From Gnetum montanum (lineage: Eukaryota; Plantae; Gnetophyta), in the NCBI GenBank assembly GCA_015680685.1, contig MNCI01003034.1, forward strand, positions 20,482 through 84,481: a stretch of DNA of 64,000 bases, in the 5' to 3' direction. The notes beneath the pieces were generated by a model. It saw only the letters and a program-made list of their open reading frames with translations, ran no database searches and was not told the DNA's origin. The translations under genes and the position numbers were made by a program. Positions 11,550 to 25,058 of the stretch are shown here, one piece after another. Within the stretch, counting starts at the first letter, position 1. Each line of letters begins with the position of its first letter.

Positions 11550-14500
11550 ATGCTAAGGGGCATCTAGAGTAGGAAGTGGTAGGTCATCCCCACCCTCATA
11601 CTAGGGCTACTAATATTGCCTAGTGCCTAAAATATAATAACACAAGACTAATCAATAATCAACACATATCAGAAACAAGCTTATAACTTAAGTAAAACCA
11701 AAAAACAACAAAAGTAAATAAAAACTATCAAACCTATGGGGAATATAGCTTGATGAACTATGGGGGAAGATGTTGAAGACTAGGCTCCAAGTGATGGAGG
11801 ATTTGTTCTTTCATCATGTTGACCCGATCCACATCCTTAGGATTAATTCCTATGAAGATGTTACTGTTATTGAAATTTGTCAATGTGGGTGGCTCCTGTG
11901 ACACTGTGGCCATAGAAACCTCACTTGCAGCTGTAGAAACTTAAGGGGTAGGAGATTCAGCTACCATGAGAGTGCCATCAAAGAGTTTGTATGCATTTTT
12001 GGATTAAATCCCCTTGATGAATAGCTCCATCTTACACCATTTAGTAGTCTCCTCCTTAAGCCACTTAGGTATGCTTTGTGATCAGCCTTGTATTTTCTCT
12101 TGTGGTCCTTTTGTGTCCTACCCCACTCTAGGACCCAGGCACAATAATCTTTCTAATCCTTGGCTTTGTGGGTGATGAGGTCTAGTTGTAACCACTAATT
12201 TTTCATCTCCCTAGCAAGGGCAACCTTGTCATGGATGGTGTTCTAGTAGTGGGCCCACATGATCTCTTTGGTTCATAAGTTTTCTATGTTAGCTACTTGG
12301 GCTTCCACAAAGGTCTTACAATCTTGAAGAACAATGATTATTTGGGCTTCTCATTTGTTCTCCTCCTTTAATGCCACAACCTACTTCCATAGGGATTTAT
12401 TGGATCTTTGAAATTCCCACAAAGTTTTTACACATGAAATTGCAAATCAATGTTAGTTTCATATAACTTTCTTGGTACATCCTCAACCTTGGGAGGGAGC
12501 TTAGGCAAGGAGTCAAGCTCCATGTCATGGCTAGGGTTCCACATAACTGTAGGCATTGTAAATAATATAATAAAAAAAATATAACCATAACCATGATGTA
12601 AAACATGAATAACCAAATATACCTCTAAAACCAAAATAAGTCAACTATGGTAAAATAAGAAAACATTCTTATCGATCTCAGGAGAAACTTGTTACAACTA
12701 ATTAATGATGTCCTTGGCCACTCCATGCATGAACTCCACTTGTCTAGAACCTTTGCCCATGGTTTCATGCAAAACATAGGGGTAGAGGTCTCTTCCTGTA
12801 GCTCAAGAACTATAATAAGCATAATAATCATTGAATGGTTAGAAGAAAACATCAAATCATGAATAGTAATGAGTAGCACTAACATGTATGCATACCTAGC
12901 TCCTCCTCCTTTGGGATGATGATGGAGAATTCCCCTATTAATGGTTCATCAAATAAGACATCCAAGTCATCCAATGCCATGTTGGCCAACCCCTCCTCCT
13001 CATGCTACTATAGGAGGGCCTCCTCTGCATGCTTATGCTCCTCTACTACTATTGTAGCTTGAGCTACCATGTCTTGTCACCTATCCACAAGGACAATGAA
13101 TCAAAAACATAAGAAAAACTTAACAACATTATAGTCTCATAACCTTGGAACTCAAAACATAGAAAAACCAAAAGATAGCTAAAACTTAAAGCATACCTAT
13201 GACCACATGATGAGTCCTACCAAGCTTCAATGTGAACCTTCTCTTAGAAGGTTACTCTATTACTGGTGTTACTTCCTCAATGGGCCATTTTAGCTTAGCT
13301 TTAGCTACCTTGTCAATTTTATCATGTAGCTCCCAGTTATCCTGATGTTAGCATGGTCAAAATGAGGCTCAACCTCCATGCTGTTAGGGAAAACACATCA
13401 CCTACCACTAACTCCCTTAGTGGTTATAGATAGTGATTCCCCAACATCCTCTGGTGGGTTCTAGGCCTACATGGTTAGATAAATGTGTTTTATCTAAGGC
13501 CTAGAGATTTGGGACGAGTCTTGAAATATCCATAATCCATCCCTCCTCACCACCATGAACTTTGTGAACCTCTTCAAATATTCCACAAAAAATGCAAAGT
13601 TCATGTGGCATATTATGAAGAGATCCTCACAAAGTTTAAGGATTTTCTTACATAACCTAGTAGCTAAATGAGCAACCTGGTTAAATAGAGCACCTTCTCT
13701 CATGACCTTCATCATGGTGCATGCTTGGGTAATGTCAATCACCTTCTTCTATCATAGTAACTTAGAGAAGGCACAAGATCAAAATAAAGGATAAGAATCT
13801 TACTTTTCAGTGGTGACACACATCTTAAAGGTTGGGGCAAGGACTTGGGTGTCTTTATCAAAGTCACCCTTCAATTGATCAACCACTATGTTTTTGATTT
13901 TTTGACCCTACATTAATACACCCATCATAGTCTAAGCCACCTCTAAGGTTTGGTCATTCTTGACCAAGAATTTTTCATTAACTCTATACCTACAAGATGA
14001 TTAGCGTTTGAAATGTTATAAATACATAATTCTAGAATGAAGGTATGTATAACAAAATTAAAATCAAAACATACCACAAGCTATAACCAAACTTACACAA
14101 CCAAATGGTACACTGTACTAAGAAGATTCTAGAACAATGTTTGGACCTAGTGCATCACCATCAGAGTATTATCAGCATTATATTTAGAATACTCTATCAT
14201 GCTCTAGATTTGGAATAGCTTGTGGGTCCCATGGGTACCTTTGCTATCATACACCTCTCCTTCTGCATGCATCTTAGGGTCATCCATTATAAATTTCACA
14301 ATCATGTTGCATGACTACAGAAATAGGGTCTTCACTATGACCCTAGCCATATATGCAAACAAGTATGATCACATCATCACATTGAAGTTTTGAAGGAGGT
14401 AGGCAAGGAATTCCCTTTCCCTTGGCCAGAACCATAGGGAACCCCACTCGAAGACCATATTAGCGGGGTGAGTGTTGGGTTTTGGGTGACTAATGTAACA

Positions 14501-15980
14501 CAGTATCCCCACTAGCTCCACTAGAATTAGGATGGGCTTAAGGAAATCCCTACAGAGGAAAGAAAATAAACTGTTAGAACCATATCTTTAACACTTAGAA
14601 CAAAATTATAAAAACTAAAAATAAAAAGCCACAACCAAGTATGAAAACAATTACACCAACACATAGAATTTGTTAGGAGATTTTGCTAAACATCAAAGTT
14701 AGTGGTGAAATAGCCATAATAAAAACTCTAGGATGTTAGTAAAAATTCTAAAACTCAACATTATCATGGCCTACATAATCCATAGACACCATATCCAAAA
14801 CATAAAAATGTTTACCTTATCGATAAAAAATTAAAACACATTCAAAAAAACATATGAAATCATGCCTTAGTTTAAATAACAACACTAGAAACCTAGAAAA
14901 TGGCCATAGGAAATCACTAGTAAAAAATAGCAAAAAATTTTTAACATTCATAAAAAAAGTCTACACCATTTCTAACATCCACTAGTATTTGAAGGGTCAT
15001 GAGACATTGAAAACAAAAATCATTCAATGTGCCAATGCTACCCATCTCCAAGGGGTAAAATTGCTATAGCCTAGAAACACCAATTTGTGCAACCATACGA
15101 AAAAAATCACTAAAAATTAATATATCCAAATAGCATGATTCCACCACCATTGGAATTTGTAAACCACAAAATATGCAACCATACTATACAACTAAAAAAA
15201 TATCATTCAATATTGGAGAAAACTCTAGTAAAGCAACATGAACTAGGTCATCATGGTAGAAACCCTTTCTACGTGAGTTTAGTAAAATATTTTCCAAAAC
15301 TTCATTTTAAACCCAAATCTAGTGATTCAAAAATGATTAGAAATATTAAATCAATACCTATGCATCCATGACTAGAAAATATGCAAACCCATTTCCATTT
15401 TTTAGAAAAAAATCGTGAACTTTCATAAAAAATTAAAAATAACATAAAACTACAACTGTATGACATAGCCAAAAAATTCATTATGAATTAATTAAAACTC
15501 CAAGTTGAATGAAAACATAGCCATTAGAAACCTAAAACCTATTAGTAAGAACCAAAAAAACTAAAATTTAATAATTCATGGCCATTTTATTACTAAAAAA
15601 TTCACAAATAGGGTTGCTTTTTTACAAAAAATAGTAAGAAACACAAAAAATTGACAAAGCCTAATTTAAAGTATCCATAAAGACAAAATTAAATGACCAA
15701 GTGACCATGAAAATGTATAGAAAACATCAAATTAGGGGGTTGGATTTTTCCAAAATCAAATTTTACTAACTACAATGGCCTAGATCTTAAAAAACAACCT
15801 TATTCCCACACAAACATGTTATAACCTTATTTCCCACACACATTGGGCAACATGGATCTAGCATGGGTCTTGTCCTCTTATTCCCCATAACCATGAAACC
15901 TTACCCCCTTGCCCATTTTAGCAACTGTAGCTAACATGGCTAGACCCCAGACCTCAACAGGGGGCAATGCCTCTATACAA
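11550..15980 (-). pseudogene. Antisense multi-exon accessory gene of Tat1 (PMD-like core plus coiled-coil C-terminus)
   Basis: Minus-strand GT-AG introns at 13990-14096, 13081-13196, 12796-12895 and ~12547-12622, plus an acceptor at 14550. The peptide DITQACTMMKVMREGALFN..HMNFAFFVEYLKRF.KFMVVRRDGLWIFQDSSQISRP is homologous to the Tat2 antisense ORF. Ends are approximate. Confidence 0.75.
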
Positions 15981-18900
15981 TTTGCCAGTTTGGGCAACCA
16001 CATAAAGCAAGGCCTCATCCATGCTAGACTAGCATTACCTAGGAGGGTATAACATCCATACACACTCTTTAGTGTCCACTAAGCCCTAATTCAAACACAA
16101 GGTGGGCCTAGGTAGCCTAAAACCCTACTAGTCAACTCTGGTAGCTCCAAAACCTTGTCAAACCTAGTCAAAAGTACCTAAAGCCTTGAGATCTAGTGGA
16201 GAAATGATAAGGAGGGTTTCATCCATGTTTCCCAACATGGTTCTAGCATGGATGGCTAGGGTATGACTTCAAAATGCTAAAATCAATCATTTGTTTACCA
16301 TATCTTAACTCTAACATTATTTTTAGCCTTTGGTAGCCAAAATTTAACCAAAATGAGTTAAATTTCATACTAAAAATCTTCTCCATGTTGGGGAACCTTA
16401 CACCCATGCTAACTAGTAGGGGTCCAATTTGGATGCCCTGCAAGTAACCCAGAAAAGCCTCTTCATAGTCATATGTGATCTCAAAACCTACTTCGATAGC
16501 CTAGACACCTTTCCATGATCTCTAGTAGGTGATAGTTGTCAAAATTTGAGTTAATATTTAGAGCTAAAACCTTAATCATGTTGGGGAGCCCCGCACCAAT
16601 GCTGGCTAGTGTGGATGTTTTGGGGGTAAGTCATAAAACCCCATTTATTACTAGAACTAGCGTTGAAACCTACCCTAGTGACCTGAAAACCCTACTAAAG
16701 CCTCTCAAAGCCATTAGATGTCATAAAATAGGTCAAAAATAGGAAAAATTTGTGATTCACCCTTCCATCCATGCTAAGGCCATGTTGTCCAATGTAACTT
16801 AGGGTGGATGACTGTAGAGAACATCAAAGGACCTTCAAATTAGTTGATCTCAATGTTAAATTTTATCCATCAACTCTTGCAATCCCAACAACTCCAAAAC
16901 CATGTCAAGTCTAGATAAAAAAGGTCAAAACCATGAATTCTAGTGGAGTCATGCTAAGCATCATTACCTTAGTGTGGATGACTAGGGCATAATCATGGGT
17001 TGCCAAAATTAACCTCAAAATCGACATGTTTTAATATCCTAACCTTCTTGGAGTATCTGGCAACCAAAAACTTACCAAAATAAGTCAAATTCCATGATCA
17101 TTCCCATTTCCATGCTAGGAATCCCCCTCACCCATGCTGGCTAACATGNATAGAATCTTGTTAGCACCTCTATAGGCCATAAGACCCAAAGAAATAAATC
17201 AAAAGTAGCAAAAAGTTATCTCCCCTTATTTACCCATGCTTGCTAGCATGTTTGAGCATTGCTCTAGGGGGGGATGACTTCTAAAACCATGCAAAGACCT
17301 TCAAAATTGCTAATTTTGATCCTAAACCTTAGCCATATACATTGGCAATGTTGGGAGCTTGCATGCATGGTTAGTTTTCTATCAAAACTTAATATCTTTA
17401 GGTATCCATGATGGGGAAGGCTTGATCCACATTGGGTAGTGTGACTTAAATGTGGATAAGTTTCCTTACCACTTTTGGCAATACTTTGGCATTCCCAAAA
17501 GCCAAGAACCTAGTCTAGTAAAGCCTAGAACTTCATAGCCTTGAATTGATAGTCTTTTGAACTTGTTTTAATCCTTGAAACTCATTAGACCCCCTCATCC
17601 ACACTGGAGCAACACTACCCACTATGGCTTAGGGGGTATAACCATGCCTTGCCTCAAATAGCCATCAAACCTAGCTAGTTTTGGCCAAAACCTCAAGTAT
17701 CATTACTAGCAACCTTGGAGGCCTAAAAACTAAATCGATTTTCCTTTGAAGCCATTCAAAAGCCAAAAAGAAAGAGTATCCACACTAACCCATGCTATAG
17801 CCACACTAGCTAGCATGGTCCCAACATGGGTAGGGCTTCCAACATTATTTTACACATATAACACTCCTTAAATGGCCTCAAAACTTGACTATGAAGCATA
17901 AAACTACAAATCTATGGATTTGGCTATAGATTGATCATGTTTAACCATGTAATTACCCTGATCCAAATCTCCCATGTTGAGAGCCCCTTTCTAACCATAT
18001 TGGCTAGCCTCGCTCTAGGAGGTATAATCTTAAGACCTACTTTTTTGTTAGTTTTGGCTTTTGAAGTGACCAATCCTAACTATTATGGCCCTACACTACC
18101 TTGGGAAGATCATAGAACCTCAATTATGTTCCTATGGATGCTATGAAACCTATTTTCCTTGGTAGCCACATTGACCAACATTGCTCCAGTGTTGATGATA
18201 GTTTCAGGCCTTAATGGAGGTTTTCATAGGTTGAAATTGATGCCAGAATTGACCTATTTCCTTCCCTAGTTCACTAAGTTGACCATGGAAGCCGTTAGGA
18301 GTTGAAAACTACTCAAGACTAACCTAGGGAACCACTTAACTATTCCATCCACATTGGGGTCCATCCCACCCATACTAGCTAGCATGGGTCCAGTGTGGGT
18401 ACCTAGAAAACCTTGATTTTTTAGCCTAAAAAGCCTCAAAATAGCTCCGATATGTGCCCAAACTCAACTATCACCCTTGTATCCTTAAACCATGGTGTAC
18501 TAAGGCCTAAAATTGGAAAAATCTAACCCCTTTTGATGAATATTTATCATGTTTCATCACATGTGTTCTAGTGGGACTCATTTGACCTTTTTTCATAATG
18601 GCTTGACCTATTTTGACCTCTATTGTGCATTGTCCATCATAATTACCATAACTTGACCTCATTTAACTTCTCTTTTTATTTTGTGATCTTTGTTAACCTT
18701 CATTTAGGCTTTGATGAGTGTTAATTGATAGGGTATGACCATCATTGACCATCATTTAATACCATGAAGCCATGACCTACTAAGGGCTTAAACTAGCAAC
18801 ATGGCCTACTTAAGGCCTAAAATTGGAAAACTTGTAATCTTAGTTGACCATACTAGACCTTTTTTTAATACCTTCACTATGCTTCAAGTTGTTTTGACCT

Positions 18901-19065
18901 TGTTTAACCTTCATTTAACCTTGTTTACCTATTTTTACCTCTTATAGCCTTGGTTAGTCTTGTTTTCATTGTAATAACATGTATTTGCATAATTTTATAG
19001 AATTTTGGAATGATTTATTTACCTTTACCCATTTTCCACTTAATTTTCTTATCGTTGATGTGCAA

Positions 19066-22000
19066 GACTAGAGAATGAGTACCTGGGAGCATATCAATAT
19101 ACCTGTAAATCTAAGTGGGCCTCACAATGATGTTGAATAATGTAATGACCTTAATTATCTAGATATTGAGCTTGAGAGTCTTATCAATCACATAGCCTCA
19201 ATAGAAAAAACTCTAGAATTACTAGAAAACCTAGTTAAAATAATTGATCTTAAAGTTGGTGACATTACTTAAGACTCTCTAGTTGAGGTTCCTATCATGA
19301 CACATAGTGGTGAGGAGAAAATCCTAAAACTAAGTTTCTCACTAGAACCTCAACAGGCTCAAGACATCACCAAGGTCTTGCAAGATAATATTAAGAACTT
19401 ATCTTAGTCATATGAAGATATATCAGGTCTTGATCCACATTTAGTACAACACAACACCATACTTAATCCTAGTATTAAACTAGTTAATTAAAAGATTCAC
19501 AAGATTAGACCTGATTTGGCCCTAGTAGTTCATGATGAAATCACAAAACTATATGAAGATGGTTTCATCAAAGTTGTTGTTGTTTACACAAAATGGGTAT
19601 CCAAGATAGTGGTAATCCCTAAGAAAAATGGGAGTATATGCATTTGTATTGATTTCTAAGATCTAAATAAGGTAACTATCAAAGACAATTTCTCATTGCT
19701 TAGTATTGACCAACTTATCGATACTATGACTAGAAATGCCTTATTATCCTTCATGGATGGGCTCTCAGGATACAATCAGATAAGGATTAACCTAGAACAC
19801 CAACTCAATACAATCTTCATGACCCCTTGGGATACCCTTTGTTATATTATGATGTCATTTGGCCTAAAGAATGTAGGAGCAATCTACCAAAGAGCTATGA
19901 CATATATCTTTAGTGATTACATGCTAGGTTTGCTCAATGATTACATAGATGATATAGCTATTAAGTCCAAAGTGGCCAACGACCATGCACATGACCTAGG
20001 CCTTGTACTTAAACAATTCCTCAAGTATGAGCTTAAGATTAACCCTAAAAAGTATGTCTTTGGCATTAAAATTAGTAAGATGCTTAGCTTTTTAGTATCT
20101 AAAGTAGGGATATGAATCTATCTTAATAAGGTTAAGGTCATATCCAACTTGGTGGCATCAACTAACATTAAGGAGCTTTGGGAACTATAAGGAAGATTAC
20201 AATTTATTTGTAGATTTATCGCTAGACTCACAGATAAGTTACAACCTATGCAACACTTCTTAAAAAAGGAGTACACTATAAGTCGACAACTTAATGCCAA
20301 GAAGCCTTTGAAAACCTTAAGCAAGAGTTGGCACAACTAACAATGGTCTATGCTCCACAAAACTATAAAGATTTTTACATCTACCTTACTATCTCCAATG
20401 TGTCCATAGCCTCTCTACTCTATCAAAAATAAGATGATGGTCCAAGGTTGCTAGTATAGTACTTAAGCCATGCTTTAGTTGCCCATAAGACCCACTACAC
20501 TAAAGTAGAGAAGTATTATCTAACACTAATCTTCTCATTGAAGAAGTGGAGATACTATCTATTTAGGAGCCAAGTGAACATCATTGCCAAAGATAATGTG
20601 CTTAGAGCCATAAGAACCAATATCTATGAAAGTAGTTGTATAGCCTGTTGGAAAGCCATAACAGTTGAGTTTAACCTTCATTACATTTTTCAAGCATCAA
20701 AAAAAGGTCAAGCTATAGTGGTACAACTCACTATTTTTTTTGTTTTTGACCATGCAACCATAGACCTTGAATTCCAAGATGAACACATTAATACTATTAG
20801 CCAATTGCTTGAGGGCTATGAGGTGGTCATGCACTTTGAAGAAGCTTTAATTATCCATGGGGCCATTACAATTGCCATCATGACATTCCCATCTAGTGAA
20901 ATCCAACACTTTGCCTATCATTTCAAATTTTCATATATAAAAAATATAGTCGAGTATGAGGGTTTGATCAGAAGAATGATGGTAGCTTTTGACCTAGGAA
21001 TGAAATGCTTAATGATCAAAGGTGATTCACAACTTGTGGTCAACCAAGTAACTAAGGTTTACACATGTAAAGACAAACACTTACAACCTTATTATGACTT
21101 AGGGGAAAAATTGATGCAACAATTTACAAACATTAATATCCATCATGTACATCGAACCAAGAACACTATAGCTAATGCCATTACAATGCTAGCCCTTAGT
21201 GTGATACCAGATGTGTTTAGCAAGTTGTCCACCTTGACTATGGACTATGCCATTCCCATCACGTAGAGCATTGAGGATACCTTTGTGATCATAGTTCATA
21301 CTGCTCCCTCAAAGGAGTGGTATGATGGTGTCAAGTTTTACCTTATGCATAATGAACCTTCACAAGGACTAACTATAGCTAAAATGGATGTTGTACATAA
21401 ATGATTGGAACAATATATCATAGTAGGTGATAACACATTATGTTGATGGTCCTACAATGGCATATTGTTAGTGTGCTTAGGTAAATCCAAAGCCCAAATA
21501 GTCCTAAAGTAGGTTCATGAGGATGTGTGTGAGGGACATATAGGACCTAGAGCCATGGCCACTAAGATTAGACAGTTGGGCTATTATTGGCCTTATATGG
21601 AAAGCGAATGCCTATAGAAGGTTAAAACTTATGACATGTGCCAACAACATAGTAATCTTATACATGTACCACCAACTAAGTTACACACTACTTAGATAAC
21701 TTGGACATTTCAATGGTGGGGGTTGGATATCATTGGATCTATCACTCCTAAGTCTTTTGTATGTCATAGCATTATCATCACTAAAACCAAATGCTTTACA
21801 AACTGGGTTAAAGCTATTTCCTTAAGGAACATGACATTTGAACAAGTTTGTAGATTTATACTTGATAACATAGTATCTTGTTTTGACATACCTATGATCA
21901 TAGTCATAGATAATGGACCATAGTTTAGTAGCCAATAAATGAAAAACTTCTATCATGACTTGGGCATTAAGCACTCCTTCTCATTGACATACTACCTTCA

Positions 22001-22554
22001 AGCCAATGGATAAGCTAAAGCAAGAAATAAGGCCATCATTAACTTTCTTAAGAAGATGATGAACAATAGCAAGTGCAAGTGGCATGAGGGGCTTATCCAT
22101 GTACTATAGGCCTACTGAACAACATTTTGAATGATAATTGATGTAACCCTTATAGCCTGGTTTATGATTCTAAAGTTGTTTTACCTCTTGAATTGTAGGT
22201 TCCATCACTCCAAGTAGTCTTTATCTAATTTGATCAACAATGAAAAAAACAAGAAGCTATGTACCATGGACCTAGACTTAGTGTAGGATTAGTGGGTGTA
22301 GATGCTTACTCACGTTGAGTGATACCAAGAGAGGTAGAGTTGGCAATACCATCATAACCTAATTAAATGCAAGATCAAGGAAAGTGACCTGCTCCTTAAA
22401 GCTATCTATGAGGATATAGACAAATTCTCAACCAATTGGGAAGGGCCTTTTCACCAAAGCCTATAGCAATGGAGCCTTTCATATAGCAAACATGAATGAA
22501 AATGAGTTTGGAAATCTGGCCAATCATTCCTATCTAAAGCCTTACTACATGTAG
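19066..22554 (+). pseudogene. pol: pol of Tat1: RT, RNase H, additional (archaeal-type) RNase H, integrase
   Basis: RT: KKNGSICICIDF, SFMDGLSGYNQI, YIDD. RH: KKWRYYL. aRH: NIVEYEGLI..L.IKGDSQLVVNQV..HVHRTKNTIANA. INT: GYYWPYM, WGLDIIG, DNGP, PQANG, WEGPF. Stops and frameshifts throughout. Confidence 0.95.
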
Positions 22555-23616
22555 TCTACAAAGACCAACAAATCACATTAACAACCATCACATCCAATAA
22601 TGAGTGAGCCTATGTGATCTATTTTTCACAAGAATGGAATTGCTGAACTTTGTAACACCTGTAACCTATGGTAGCCTAGTTTGCATATCATTTTGTATAG
22701 CCGTATGTATTGTATTGTAACAACATGTCTTCTTTGCTGATTTTCTGATTCTCTAAGATTTGTGCTTATAGGATGTAGCTTGGAGTCATTGCAAAGGTGC
22801 AACCTATCATAGTAGCAAGTCACCACATGACCTCAATGTGCAAGATTCGATGAGTTTGTTTTATCATACCAAGAATTGTTGTTCACCTCATTCCTATTAC
22901 CTTTTTTAAATGCAATCCCATAGCCTACTAATAACCTTTGTTACCCTGAACAACAATATTAACCAATATTTGACACTCATGCATTGTGACCATATGGCGT
23001 GCCTTCTTCATGCTCCACCATCAAGCCCATTGAATGTAATGCATCTCATTTAATGGAAAAACCATTAACTCCATTGAGTGTAACACATCTCATTCGATGG
23101 AAAAACCAAAATCAGACTGACCTTGGTAAAGAAACCTAATGAAGGTATCACTAAAAAAATGGGGAAGTAGATTGCCAAGAAGTTGAATGGTCAATGAAGA
23201 CCAAAAGCCTAAACCAATGAATCCAAACATGCAAAGAGAGGAACCTAGTGGCCAAATAAACCTTGGAATGATGTGTTGGATCATCAAATGCATTGCTGAG
23301 TGACCAACACTTCAAAACACAAAGTGCCAAAACCTATTGATTGACCAACAAGTCAATGCCATATCATAGCCATGATGTCAACATTTGGAACTCATTGTTA
23401 ATTCTCATGACCATTTTCTTATAGCCAAATACTACCTGTATCCTTTTTTGCCTCATCATGACCTTATCTCATCATCACAATCACTCTTTGGCATGGTTTG
23501 ATACTGCTGAATCAAGCATGGAGAGGGAACATTAGTGATGGACCTATAGTGGTGTTTTTCATTCTTTGTTGATGTCTCTTGAGTCAATTGTCTAGATACC
23601 AACAAAGAGGATCCAA

Positions 23617-24986
23617 TGAAACACCATCAAAAATGCATGTTATAATCTTCTTTACATTATAGCCCTCATCCCATGAAACCCAAGGCACACATTTCATTGT
23701 AAAATGTGAAGATTGTAATCCAAGAGATGGAATTTCACATTATTTAGCTTTTGGGGCTGAAAAATGCCTCATAAGTCATTAAAGCCTTAATTCCCAAGTG
23801 GAAAAAGCTATATCATGCCTATATTTGGGCCTTGAGGATTAAAAATTCCTTTTAAACTACCAAAATCAACATTTGATGGGTTTTGTGGGGGTTATAGCAT
23901 TTATTATGCTAAATATACCTATTAGGGTGGGGGGTATAACCCTTCCCATGTCAAGTGTTGGAAGGTATAACTCATTCACCCCCAACATTGCTCTAGCATG
24001 GCACCAACTTTAGCATTGTTCCAACTCCAACGTTGACCCTGCACTTTAGCGTTGCTATTGGAAGACCCAGTGTGGGTGGAAGAAGCCAACATGGGTAAAG
24101 TTCCCATTTACTATTTTTAGTAAATGAAAAGATTTTGATGCTAGGAGGGTATTAAAGCTTACCATACATAGTAACCCTACTAGATTCTTATATTTGGAAC
24201 ACTTGTATGTGGTCAACATCTATTAGCAATTAGGTAGAAATCAATAGCAAAATTTATGGCCAAAACCTTATAAAAACCAAGCCCCAACACCATAGAATGG
24301 TTTCACAAATTTTAAAATTCCACTTTTTTTTTGCATTCAAGAGCTTTGGAGAACCCACAAACACAAAGTTGTTGAATTACCTCTAGCATGGAACCTATAG
24401 TTGTTACAACCATTATTACATCCCTTGAGATTGTGTAGAATTTTGCACCAATGCTAAGCACTTTGGGCATCAAGACTCCCAGCATGGCTCTCTTTGGTGA
24501 CTGAAAACTCCCACAAATCCCACCCCCTACATCATAAATGATGTAGATCTGTGGAGGAGAGTAGTAGTATTCGATAGCATTGGGCATTATGGAAACTCTA
24601 GATTGTGGAGCTAACTATGGCATTCAAAGCCACAAGTTTCAACAAACTCCAAACCCCCATCAAGAAACCCCTTGCCTCTTCAACTACATCTTGTGCACAT
24701 TTCTAGATTCTTTCTTTACTTTTAAATAAAGTTTAAAGTTCCTTTTTATTGTGCAAGTTATATTTATTTTTTTATTTTTTTATTTTTGGGCATTTATTTT
24801 CCTAGATCTACATTACATGTTCATTTTTGTTACCCCTGTTTGATCCACTCTAAGTCCCTGGGTGATCTACCAAACTATCTAAAAAACCTCAAATCCTATT
24901 TTTTGCAAAGGCCCTTGAGATCCAAGGTTAAAGCTATTTCACTGGAATTTTTCGTTTTCCAGTAATCAAAAATTTCAGTTGTTGCA
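23617..24986 (+). repeat. 3' LTR of Tat1
   Basis: Follows the PPT AAAGAGGATCCAA, ends GTTGTTGCA and is followed by the TSD CCAAT. Confidence 0.95.
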
Positions 24987-25058
24987 CCAATAGGATTTAA
25001 GATTTAATATTCTCTCAGTTATTCTATAAATGAAAATATAAGTGAGAAGGAAACTTGA

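Larger units (their letters stand above)
5994..24986 (+). mobile_element. Full-length (~19 kb) Tat/Ogre-like Ty3/gypsy LTR retrotransposon (Tat1), pseudogenised
   Basis: Paired LTRs 5994-7310 and 23617-24986 (TG...CA), perfect 5-bp TSD CCAAT (5989-5993 and 24987-24991), PBS, gag, PR, RT, RH, aRH, INT and PPT. Confidence 0.95.

Noticed and set aside
13749-13803. Apparent 55-nt minus-strand GT-AG intron
   Set aside because: It translates as decayed coding sequence homologous to Tat2 (F*SCAFSKLL vs FRAQAFPKTL).
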